Source of the DNA: Zancudomyces culisetae HAW-14-8
Lineage: Eukaryota > Fungi > Kickxellomycota
Length of the DNA stretch: 64,000 bases
Direction of reading: 5' to 3'
Assembly: GCA_052426225.1 (NCBI GenBank)
Contig: JBNJNM010000021.1
Span: forward strand, 3,286,001 to 3,350,000
Of this stretch, positions 11,401 to 20,916 are shown piece after piece (within the stretch, counting starts at the first letter, position 1; every line of letters starts with the position of its first letter). A program made the position numbers and the translations under genes. The notes under the pieces are model-generated. The model was given only the letters and a program-made list of their open reading frames with translations, searched no databases and was not told where the DNA came from.

Positions 11401-11637
11401 TTTTCTTTGTATTGGTGTTACAGTCATTCGCCTTATTTCCTGGATAATTTGATTTGTGTTGTATTTCAGCATATTCTTCTCTTGCATACCGCTGCCACTA
11501 CCACCACCACTGGTATAAACACTCGAGCCAACACCCACACCTCTTTCACTACTTTTCCCTTCATTTGGTGTTGTTTCAGCTGCATTTCTGACTATTGAAT
11601 GGCGTTTTCTTTTTTTGTTGGTACTTTCGCGATTCAT
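8488..11637 (-). CDS. CDC16: TPR protein, diverged APC/C subunit 6 (Cdc16/Cut9)
   Basis: 1049 aa. CWETAIKCDARTLEAW..L.KHKM, PVCWYAIGSYYL...ARKYL.EA and LNEAG followed by TPRs resemble APC6 motifs (EAL..D..C.EAF..L..H.ML; VSWFAVGCYY; ARRYL), with long insertions between them. Confidence 0.65.
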   Translation of the reverse strand: MNRESTNKKRKRHSIVRNAAETTPNEGKSSERGVGVGSSVYTSGGGSGSGMQEKNMLKYNTNQIIQEIRRMTVTPIQRKIMEQKIATLKSERVTRLRGIGSSGGRMVGGMSELAKKREEGHNMEITPLGEKGAAKGFLETAKAIDMRRFLTGSPGACEYIGTPVISAVDVESGRLTSSTGKKNNHKHKGGDIKLDKKSIENYSVHLTQNSGEKPVPTTPGISKRVIVNNSKKNALVEQLLRIAENRKENRSNRWAIEYARLGYLVGKGAEERRRYAEILVDNGEYMLAEDIIFGNQEEEEEQLSIPMLKLGVVVLHRMGDIERMGMLKERIQRIEKKRNKHEIKNKGYLFTPTQSDRHMDSTKGAYEHINGSDTNISNTGIDDTCDKNDRWDICGETEKRAGEGFDWYIAGESIRVSNSIEGWEGLIGPQKKKVTSQDIRTIVKMCWETAIKCDARTLEAWIGLRKHKMVDIQEEKRLVVEVADWSGSCGGDSMTARFFKNYVLATSERDNSGSDELLLEKARKELVGEHMGIVNDSRFAILEAQRCFEAEKYVESLKWAYLSSTLVSGGTVRGNRHSRGQSLPQRVENESEWVVVASLAAQNDLERLFAEATMLADYFGVSKLSREQITTGESGRDSVYLRYEKEMRGLAEILDETGRTRERVLTMFQRKYNNMADARSFGGRKLGRQHVGSGGYGANVRRRFGEYVGYVCSLGVEPRSQVMGKELKLPVCWYAIGSYYLGLAIKQMRSYGAGNNGGDQNDKRYSTRLDEGGNVEISIKKARKYLTEAVMESNSNVKSGNISGMETAVIAKETVLLYPGLALAYSYYLVGDYQTTAKILKTMVLGGNNGGRNGFVYYAERQVYLNLCRTYVKLKDIMNAQRVLEYAYSVPDVDMAHLSGNSLNTRNIMTVHEDVNWLNEAGMLKLHSKDYMGAISLFERAISIEPSPTLYLNLSNSFRFIEKYQESSKYAKMVLHQPQSNSNAVIIQAYLTLSLNSMFSGCDNDEDDGNGNGKGDDRAAQYLHYILSMDPTNVLALKMLNLIFLYPSI

Positions 11638-12378
11638 TTCTGTAAGCTTTGCGATATTTGCAATCTATTCGCCCATTTATTTAAAGTGTTGTAGAGAAAA
11701 GAGTAAGCAAGACTTTAAAAGTCTAGTGTTGTAGTTTATTCTACTTGAAGGTTATAGAGTTTTTTGTTTGAAAACTGGTTTAGAGTTCCACAATTTGCCC
11801 GCCAAATTTTATTTAAACCATTGTCTAACTCTACTTGATTCAACTTTTACTGAATAGCATTGATTGAGCAGATTTTTGTTTTTGTTTTTGTGAAGATCAT
11901 TTATAAGCAAATAAGCATAGCAAAAAATTACAAAGCACACTGAATTTCTTTCCTCCAACTATTGATTATTGGCTCTCTTGTGTTTACAATTAGAAAGGTC
12001 CAGATTATCCGAAATGTGCTAAAAGCAAGACAAATAGTATTAGTGCCAAAACAGGGTATATATGTGTTGACTACATTCTACTATACACAGTGTATTTTCC
12101 GATCTTGTACTTACTAACATGGCGAGAAAGGCTCCAAGTGTTTGTATAAAAAAATTGTTTTTACTGTTATTTTACAAATTTATCTATCCGAAAACGCATG
12201 AAGTAAACTGAACAAGCAAATGTGAATTGGTTCGAAATTGTAAATATAGCTTTTGACCAACAAATAGGTAAAAGGACGTATATCTGCACGAAATGCATCC
12301 AGTTTTACTAAAAGAAAGGGTGTGTCTTGGAAAAATTAGGCACAAGTTTCTTTTTCGGGAAGGAAGAAGGGGATGTAT

Positions 12379-12927
12379 TTATCTAGGAAATATCAGACGC
12401 TGGTTGCCATATTTACCATGTATCTGCTCCACTCTTCTTAGAACATCAAACTCACTATCTCTACCTGACGCAAATTCAAGAGTTCCCGGAGAATATACCA
12501 ATATTCGCCTTATCCTTGAGTCGGTCCCACCATGGTAATTTGACAATACAACGAGCCTCAGTATCCGCGTTTTGATGTAATTTTGCCCACCCAAGTAATC
12601 ACCTTCTCCTTCGTCCTCTTCTAAACTTATTCGTATAACTCCCTTTGGCTCATCCAGATTTATTGTCATTAATTCCTGCAGGGCTGTATATGAATTTCCT
12701 ATCCTGATTGATATTTTTTCAGGTGTATAACTCGTGTCAATCTCGTAGTCCAAATGCAGTTCTATCAAATTTACATTAACTGGCACTGGAAAAACTGCAT
12801 CGATGATATGTGGTAATTGCGAATCGGATTGCCAGTAGCTTTCGTCCTCATTTTTAAGAACGTTTGAAATGGGATTGTTCCTCTTGTAGCTCGAAACCGT
12901 CCATAAGGCAAATTTGGAAATTTCCAT
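12379..12927 (-). CDS. DOC1: APC/C subunit 10 (DOC domain)
   Basis: EIS..A.WTVSSYK, YWQSD.QLPH.I, D...D.SYTP.KI.IR.G, EPKG, N...G.D.RIR.I.VYSP. Confidence 0.92.
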   Translation of the reverse strand: MEISKFALWTVSSYKRNNPISNVLKNEDESYWQSDSQLPHIIDAVFPVPVNVNLIELHLDYEIDTSYTPEKISIRIGNSYTALQELMTINLDEPKGVIRISLEEDEGEGDYLGGQNYIKTRILRLVVLSNYHGGTDSRIRRILVYSPGTLEFASGRDSEFDVLRRVEQIHGKYGNQRLIFPR

Positions 12928-13363
12928 CGTTTATTTCTTTTTCTCCACACACACTTACTTCACCCCAAATTGGTTGTGCTAATCCTGAATGTTTTATGTA
13001 TTTATACATTCCTTTTTGCTGGTAAAACTTTGAAAAAGAATTTGGTAATTATATTGTCCAAGCTGATACCAAACTTGTACTCAAGCATTAATCTGGGTTT
13101 TTCTTGGAAAAAAAAGATTTTTTTAGAGCTTTGACGGGCGCAAAATTAAACAGAAAGAGTTGGTTCGCAATATGTAATACAGGGTTTGTATGTTTACAAC
13201 TTTTAAAAATTTATAACTATCAAAATATGACAAAGTTGGCAGAGTAGAGCGAGACAATATAATAAAAATGGCCTAGAAATAAGAAATAACAAAAAAAAAA
13301 CATGAATAAGTAGGAAAAGAGGGGGATACGATTAGCCTGGCGTGCGCGCCACAACCAAATCAT

Positions 13364-15148
13364 CTATGATTCATCTTCAGACAACTCGTCGCTATCTCCT
13401 GTTACGAGTAGTGAGCGCTGTTCAGCTTGCTGGGCATCGAAGGCCTTAATAAGAGCTCTCGAGTAGTAAATTATACTGGCGGTACCCAAAATCGCAGATA
13501 TTATGCAAAATACAAGTGCTATTATTCCCTTGGCGTGGAAACCATAATCTATCATTCTAGGTCCGTAAGGAGCGCCAGTAAGATCCAAACCTTCGTTTCC
13601 TGCTGCATTTCCAGACATCATAAAGCCTGCGGCACCGCAAATGTCATTGTGGGTGTCAAAAGGAAATGCCAAGGTTTTTTGGAGCTGTAAAGGCGCTTCG
13701 ATAAACACAGCCATCATTCCAAACATCATATGCCAGTTGTTGTGACAATGTACAGGCCAGGCTCCTGGGTTGTCTGTGTAGAATTGAATGACTGCATGTC
13801 CAAATCCTGGTACATTAACGGTATCACGACGACTGGGGTTTTGAGTGAGGTGTGCAGAAACAGGTTTAGATGGGTCGTACTCACCCTCATCCAATGCGAG
13901 TACTTGGAACTTGTGTCCGTGGACGTGGAATGGATGCGCGTCCAAGTGTTTGTTGGCAATTACAACACGAACTGTTTTGTTGAGTCCCAGCACTACGGGG
14001 TTTGACTGTGGGCCATAAATCTCAGGGTTTGTTGCAAGATCTCCCGTTGTAAGCATTGATAGTATAGTTGGTACCTTTGGCGGAACAAAGGTAACACCAT
14101 TAATCAGACCTCTGGCTGACCCATCATCCATCTGCATGATGTCTGAAACCAAAACATGAGTCTCCTCAGGCTCCTGGTACGGAAGCTCATGCAAAGGAAC
14201 CAAGTCCAAATCACTAACGGTATCCCAGCTGTGCTTACTCGCAGGTGCAAAAGTTGTACCATCGTTGTATAAAAGGGATGCAGTGTAATCTAACTGGAGC
14301 GTGTCTGGAACTACCTCAAAGTAGTCTGGGTCCATTTGTGCGTGTATGTAATAATTCATATCAGCTGTGTCTTTTGCTGTTATCAAGAAGGAAGCACGTT
14401 GTGCTGGGGATAGCTCGATACTGTTCAGTTTTTTGGGTTGAATGTGTACTCCATCGACTTCAATCAAGGTCATATCATGCTCATCCACTGAAACGTGCCA
14501 TACTGCCATTGTAGATGTGTTTATCAAACGGATTCTGTATGTTTCTCCGGGGGTTACGCGGAATTCTCCACCTCTTCCGTCATTTAAAATTCCGGATTCT
14601 GGAGTTGGTTCAGATCCTCCAGGATTTAGCGGACCTATCATTGTTTCCATCAACACACTTGCGGGTGTATGGTACCAGTCCGACAGAGTTAACAGGAAAT
14701 CATCGGAGTATTTATAAAACACGGGTTCAGTTTCATCTTTGACTAACAGTGGGGTTCTGAGCCCGTCAGGGTACTGGCCCATGCTGTGTGAGTGGAACCA
14801 ATATGTTCCGCTTTCTGGTAGATCTAGAGTATAGGTGTAGTTGTAGCCTGGTGGAATACCACAGTGATTTACAGAGACTGCTCCATCATAGATTTGTGTG
14901 TTTTTGAATGGTAAACCGTGGCCGTGAAGCGAGGTTTTCACGTCTAGGGAATTATGCGCATGTACTATTACTCTATCACCAATTGATCCTATTATTGGAT
15001 CGATGGGCCACTTTCCATTTACACCTATTACTCTTCGTGTAAACAGCCCATCAGGATTTGCGTTGACATAACCAATATCCCAGTTTAGTTCTATTGTTGC
15101 GGAGCTTACCAGTTCCAATACTCCAAGTATGGAAAGAAGATATCTCAT
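13364..15148 (-). CDS. FET3: Multicopper oxidase/ferroxidase, Fet3-like
   Basis: Signal peptide, NPDG, four Cu motifs (LHGHG, WFHSH, HPFHVHGH, HCHNNWH), GSEP.P (E185 equivalent), GNAAGN, C-terminal TM helix. Adjacent to FTR1. Confidence 0.92.
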   Translation of the reverse strand: MRYLLSILGVLELVSSATIELNWDIGYVNANPDGLFTRRVIGVNGKWPIDPIIGSIGDRVIVHAHNSLDVKTSLHGHGLPFKNTQIYDGAVSVNHCGIPPGYNYTYTLDLPESGTYWFHSHSMGQYPDGLRTPLLVKDETEPVFYKYSDDFLLTLSDWYHTPASVLMETMIGPLNPGGSEPTPESGILNDGRGGEFRVTPGETYRIRLINTSTMAVWHVSVDEHDMTLIEVDGVHIQPKKLNSIELSPAQRASFLITAKDTADMNYYIHAQMDPDYFEVVPDTLQLDYTASLLYNDGTTFAPASKHSWDTVSDLDLVPLHELPYQEPEETHVLVSDIMQMDDGSARGLINGVTFVPPKVPTILSMLTTGDLATNPEIYGPQSNPVVLGLNKTVRVVIANKHLDAHPFHVHGHKFQVLALDEGEYDPSKPVSAHLTQNPSRRDTVNVPGFGHAVIQFYTDNPGAWPVHCHNNWHMMFGMMAVFIEAPLQLQKTLAFPFDTHNDICGAAGFMMSGNAAGNEGLDLTGAPYGPRMIDYGFHAKGIIALVFCIISAILGTASIIYYSRALIKAFDAQQAEQRSLLVTGDSDELSEDES

Positions 15149-15193
15149 GCTTACGTTGTTTTTCAGTGGTGTTCTATTAGTTGAAATTCATAA

Positions 15194-15216
15194 TATAGCA
15201 ATTGTCAATTGCTATA
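15194..15216. repeat. 23-bp palindrome TATAGCAATTG-T-CAATTGCTATA upstream of FET3
   Basis: 11-bp perfect arms with a 1-nt spacer, 46-68 nt upstream of the FET3 ATG. Confidence 0.9.
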
Positions 15217-15817
15217 CCTTTCTGAGTCTTTTTTCGGAAAACTACCCTTAATATTTTTGGCTAGCCAAAGGGTGAGAATACTTGTCCTTTATTTTTGTAG
15301 CTTTGTTACTAGATTAAAAGGAATATCACAAGTTTGCAAAATAAAAGAAATATGAAACGGAAATTCTAAGCTTTTTATATTAGACTAAAAATATTTCCCA
15401 TAGTAGCTAATTACTTTAGCTCAGCTAGTTTAGCAATTTCAACCAATTCAAAATGATAAAATTCATCGAATTTCCGGAATCAATAAGAAATAAAATGTAC
15501 TCATTAATGGGATGGGTAAGTTGTGACAGCTTGTACTGTGAACATAAGACTAGACCAAAAAAAAAAAAAATAACAAAAAGTATTCGTCACAACCACAAAA
15601 CAGTTCAAATTATATCACGATTTTCCAATATTTGCAATGATTCGTAGCCTTTTACCCTCCAAAAGGGAATAAGGATTTTGGGTAAATTCTTGTAACCAAT
15701 CCAAACCCCTACTAACCACATATTGTTTTGTGCTTTTTTTTCATGATTTCATGGTTTTGTGTAGTATTTCTCTATCTCTTACCAAAGGTGCAAATAGAAA
15801 AAAAAATTTTTTTGCAT

Positions 15818-17352
15818 ATCTGATAAAGGGCCACCCAATAGTGAGGAAATAGTGAAATCATTTTTATTAAAAAAATGGTGAAGATTATACAATTTAGCAA
15901 TTATTGTGTAATTGAAATTAAAATGAGAACGAATATTCTACACAATTCGCTCATACCCAATGGTTAGAAAAGCACAAGTTATCAGATAAGCTTCTACAAT
16001 CCCCTGCCAATAAAAACGCGTCATTTCGTTTTGCAATACATTTCACAGTACGGCTTTCCAGCGTTTTAATGTTGAAAATCAGGCCACCTCATAATATCCT
16101 TAAATAAAAACCTATCGAAACAGCTGGATCGTAAAATAAAAAAAGGGCAGAAATTGATAAGGCAAATATCTGTTTGAACTTTGTTGCAAATGATATATTC
16201 CGTATGAATGTATTGTTAAAATATAACAACACGGCGAATATTGCTTTTAAGCATGTTGTTGCACCTAGATCTGGAGATTTAACCGAGGCTAAACACGCAA
16301 TTGTTTTGATTGCTTACTATGCCTAAAAAACTTATATTCAGATACACCCCTCCTTCTATTAGTGCTCCATTCATTACCAACTGAAACACTTTAACAGTTG
16401 GGACATAGCATATCACGTCCTCACTTCTAAGCCAATGCTTTATGAGTTTAATATAAACCCACTTTAGGAAAATTAACCATTGATCTTATTAACAACTCGA
16501 TAAATTTATTGGATGCGGCGAAATCACAACAAAGCTGCTCCAACTGGGCTTTTTGGGGAAAGAGGATGCAGGGGTTATGTGAAAGTTAGCTTTTAGTTAA
16601 CAAATCAATTTGGTTATCAATCTACTGGCCATCTGATTATTGTTACTTATCAGATAATACTTTGATGTAGAATGTGATTCTGCTGTTATTTTTTAAGAGT
16701 AGGTTATTTGGCGCTGTTTTGGAAGAAGAAAAGCGTTTTAACGATATCTGATAACCTAAAGGGGCATATGTGATTACAAAATATATTAGCTAATAACAAG
16801 TCTTTGCATACCATGCTTCGGAGGTATCCGTGTAGCTTAGACTATGGGTTCCAGACCTTTCATCTTATACCCAACTTTAGTCTTTTGCAAAACACCTATA
16901 GGCTATCAGATAGTGTCTTTACCCCCTTACAGGTGTTTTAAAAGCAAGAAAAAAATTTTTATAGTATTTTTATTAGTTGGCGTTTATTCAAGACTGTATT
17001 AGGAAATATTGATATCTAATATCTTACTAAGTTCGATAAAATAATAAATTCACCGATGAATATCACTCCCCAAATGACATATCTGATAACATTTACATTA
17101 TTAATTGTTGGTGATATCATCGGTATCTCCTAGACAACAAAGCACCAGTTTAATCTCATCTCTCCTTCCTGAGTTACTCAAACAAAGTATAACTATACTT
17201 TCATGTTAATTAAGACGTTTATTTCTCGGCTAATTCTTTCAAACTAAGGGGAAACAAAGCTAAACTGACAGGTTAGTTAACTCGGTGGAAAAGTTTTGAC
17301 ACAGTTCTGTTGGTATCTGATAACAGCTGGTATTGGGTTTATTTTATCTGAT
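15818..17352. promoter_or_regulatory. Array of ATCWGATAA iron-responsive GATA repressor sites upstream of FET3
   Basis: Perfect sites at 15818, 15979 (TTATCAGATAA, matches on both strands), 16647 (both strands), 16746, 17081, 17315, 17344 (reverse). Near-matches at 16631 and 16903 (CTATCAGATAG). ATCWGATAA is the SreA/Fep1/Urbs1-type consensus. Confidence 0.8.
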
Positions 17353-17755
17353 TACATCCATGTGTAAGCATTTTTTCGATTTTAACTGCACATCTGTTGT
17401 AAATTTCTTGAGTAACGAAAGCTACCACACAACTTTTCATCTGAAAATATCAACAAGCAATCCCATAACAAAATACACTATAGCCATTAGCTTTTACTTT
17501 GTTTTTTGGATAAGGAGAAAGGGGCTACAGAAAAAATCCCTTTTTTTTTAGGAGGAAATGACAAAGGGTGGGTAATTAGCAAAGATTGATCGCAAATGAC
17601 AAAGTAATGGCTACAAGGTTTGAGTACAGCTTCGAGTTTTTCTTAACTTTTTGACCAATCTTTTATTTTGCATTAGATCAAAAAATGTACATCTGACACT
17701 ACACGTTTAAATGCAAACGGGAAAAAAATATTAGTAAAACAATAAAAATAGTAAA

Positions 17756-18979
17756 TTAAACACGGTGAGCCTTCGTTGTTTTGCCCTTGTAAATGTAGAA
17801 TGCGGCGATTGCCAACCAGTAACAAATGTATCCGACTACGGATCCTATTGTTGCAGCGTGTGTCCACCCTAAAAGCTTTTGGAATAGTTGCCATCCACCA
17901 TTCTCTGGAAGGTTTGGATTACAGCAGTTCAACATCCTATTACAGAACAAAACATTAGTACATCAAATATCCCATTTCTACAAAATATACTGCCCATTTA
18001 TGTAGTCATGCTGTAGGTAACAGCATTATGAGCATTAATAAACACAAAACAAAACAAAACAACACTTACCATACGCTTTTTGGGATATCAAAAACGTATC
18101 CTGCATCTGCATCTAGCTTATATTTTCTTCCGTATACGTAGTTTTGGAAATAGCCTATCGAGTTTGTAAACAAACCAGCACTCATCAGTGTCAGGAAAAT
18201 AGTTGAACCGACCAAGAATATTGATATTCCCATTTTGTTTCCAAAGTAGTACACACAGAGACCAACTGCAAGCCCAGCGATGATACCAGTTATAATTGAA
18301 AGTGGGAAAGATTTTGCTGGAGCACTGATTGCTACTCCACCAATCAACAAGATGGCCTCGACCCCTTCTCTGAAGACAGTGAAGAAGGACAGGTATGCAA
18401 AGGAATATTTCATAAACCAACCCTTACTGGTAGGCTTTTTATCCATCTGTACTTCTATTTTGTGCTCAAGTGATTTAGCTATAAAAATTGTTCTTAAAAA
18501 GTAGTATCCCACAGCTGCCATTATTAGTGATGAGATAAGCGAAAATATTCCTTCCCATAACTCTTCATTTGTTCCCCAAAAGTTATTTTCATACTTGTAA
18601 AATAAAAACAGCAATACTATTTTATAGAATACACAAATGTCGTTGTTAAAAAACATGCAGCCATTCCTTTATTGATATGATTGTAGAAGCTTCTTGGTTT
18701 AATTGCGCAGTCATATATCTCTTCTCACGTTAAAGTTGAGGAGATTGTAGCAACTATTTAACACTATTTAAATATATCTGGGAACTTACCTCCTCCAAGG
18801 ATAAGACATATGACGAATGCAGAGAGAGATCCAAGTATAACCTGCCTCACTAAAGTCATTCGGCCTTTTTGTGGATTTACATCCATTCTTTTTGCAAAGG
18901 CAAGCATCACTGAGATTACAAGAGCGGCCTCTGTGGCCTCCCGGAACATTACAAAGAATATTGGCACGTTAAACAACAT
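17756..18979 (-). CDS. FTR1: High-affinity iron permease Ftr1, 3 exons
   Basis: Exons 18979-18790, 18616-18070, 17936-17756 join in frame. MLFNVPIFFVMFREATE and FREGVE (two RExxE motifs), EELWEG, W..NCCNP....GGWQLF...LGW. Confidence 0.95.
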
Positions 18980-19150
18980 GGTTGCTATATTTGCGGGTTA
19001 CGTCCTTTTTTAAAATTGGTGTATTGAATAAAACAAAGATATTTTTTATATTCTATCTTCAGCTTTTTTATACTCAGGCTAGCTTGTAAAGGTATGAGTT
19101 GTTAAAAAAGAAAAATCAATCAAATATTTAATGCTGTTTTCAGGGTGTTA

Positions 19151-19393
19151 ATCTGATAAGCTTTATATAGTTTAAGCAAAAAATATTTTTGTGAATTGAA
19201 ATTAAATAACAGGTGTTGGGGGAGTAGGGGCTGCCTTGAATAGTAGTAATTCATCATAAGTTTAACAGCATTTTTTAAAGAGTTTATTGGTATTAACGAA
19301 ATTGAATTATTGTGAACAAAAAATTTTTTTTATAAACTGATTACATAAACCGGGTTAATAGAAAATCGATGGTAATTACTTTGCTTATCTGAT
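19151..19393. promoter_or_regulatory. Two ATCWGATAA GATA sites in the FTR1 promoter
   Basis: ATCTGATAA at 19151-19159 and TTATCTGAT at 19385-19393, about 170 and 410 bp upstream of the FTR1 ATG. Confidence 0.7.
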
Positions 19394-19854
19394 TTTTTTT
19401 CTTTTTTTTTGAAAATTACCTTGACAAATCTATCCGAGTTATGGGCCAATAATCTATTCTGTTTCTATCAACCCATAATAATTATTCATGTTCGGAATCT
19501 AAACGAATTGAGACTTTTCGAAACAGCATGAAACATGGATATTCCTGATGCTCACCTGTCTGTGTCGGTTAAATGAAAAGATACCAACTATCTTTGTGGT
19601 ATCCCAATAGCCGCATAACAACACATTTGACCTTAAGCCATAATTCTAAAAGAAATAGTCTACTAATACACACAGTGCGAGTGAGTACAATGGTAATATA
19701 ATAATTACATTCTTGATGTTGAATGGAAAGAAACACACATATTGATAGTTTTGAAAAATGATCCTTTTCGCCATTATTTCTCTATAAGCACTAAATAGTC
19801 AGCGAGTAAAAAAAAAAGTAATTATAAATATATATATAGAGGGAAAAAATATCG

Positions 19855-20916
19855 CTAGATAACCATTGCTACAACCATACCGGTCAAGATATTTAATATA
19901 ACATAGGGATAATTCCGAGAAGTTTGGCTAACCAGAGCCTTGGAGAAGTCTGGAGCTGTTCTTTCTGGAAAATGTGGCAGATAGTCACTGACTGATTCAC
20001 CTGGGTATGGAATAGAGTTCAGACCGTAACACATTCTATCCAAGAACCCCTTTTCATAAAAATCAACTTCTATGAAATTCATCCATGAAAAATTAGTAGA
20101 CGCCCTACATACAGAAACATGTTTAAAGCAAGGCATATCATTGAAGCCTGTGAAGTTTTGCAGGTTTGGTATGTTATCAAACTCAACTCCGTTTACTATA
20201 GTACTCATCAAATTCAAGTGTGGTACCACAACTATAGACTTTGTCGGTGCTTCGCCATACGGACCGCAATCATACTTCTCTAGTTTATAATCCGATTTCG
20301 TTGAAAGCTTAAGTATGTTATCTCTATAGTTAGTCACCCAAGGAATGGGTGGGTTTATTGCATTAATCAGATTTTCGAACACCAACAACCTCTTGTTGGT
20401 TGACACCATAAATCCCAATGTATCCCATTTCTGATCCAGTGGCTTTGTATAAATCATATCAGTCAGACCCGATTGGATAAAGGCTTGCTGAATAGCTTCG
20501 GTGCTTGCGTTACCTGGGTTGTCTAAAAATATAGTTAATATATGGTCTTTCTTTTGGTTCAAAAACTCTGCAATCAAAGAAAGAGTGACACTTAATGGGC
20601 CCCCATTATAAAGATTGCAATCGCCAAAACACAGGTTTAGCGTTGATGGGTCGTTTATATCTGGAAAAACGCTTAATCCTATTGCCCCCACTCCTGCTTC
20701 CAGCTGCTCTTTAATAGATAGATATTGTGTTCCTATTTCACTGGAGCCTTTTTTTATTACTGCAAAGGACGCTCTGGTGAATAAAAATGATACATCGTCA
20801 AACCGTCTGTCGCAAAGACCCTCAATCCCATTACACTTTAACCCAGGATACCGACTTACTAAACCCTGAGCTATGCAGCCGTATAGACCTAGTGTAAGTG
20901 ATAGTACTTTTTTCAT
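19855..20916 (-). CDS. Secreted, probably GPI-anchored PI-PLC-like (PLC-like phosphodiesterase) domain protein
   Basis: N-terminal signal peptide, CNG...LCDRRFDDV, TQ..SI.EQL.AGV, W.TLG.MV..NKRLLVF, NFI.VDFY, and a hydrophobic C-terminal tail. Confidence 0.75.
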   Translation of the reverse strand: MKKVLSLTLGLYGCIAQGLVSRYPGLKCNGIEGLCDRRFDDVSFLFTRASFAVIKKGSSEIGTQYLSIKEQLEAGVGAIGLSVFPDINDPSTLNLCFGDCNLYNGGPLSVTLSLIAEFLNQKKDHILTIFLDNPGNASTEAIQQAFIQSGLTDMIYTKPLDQKWDTLGFMVSTNKRLLVFENLINAINPPIPWVTNYRDNILKLSTKSDYKLEKYDCGPYGEAPTKSIVVVPHLNLMSTIVNGVEFDNIPNLQNFTGFNDMPCFKHVSVCRASTNFSWMNFIEVDFYEKGFLDRMCYGLNSIPYPGESVSDYLPHFPERTAPDFSKALVSQTSRNYPYVILNILTGMVVAMVI

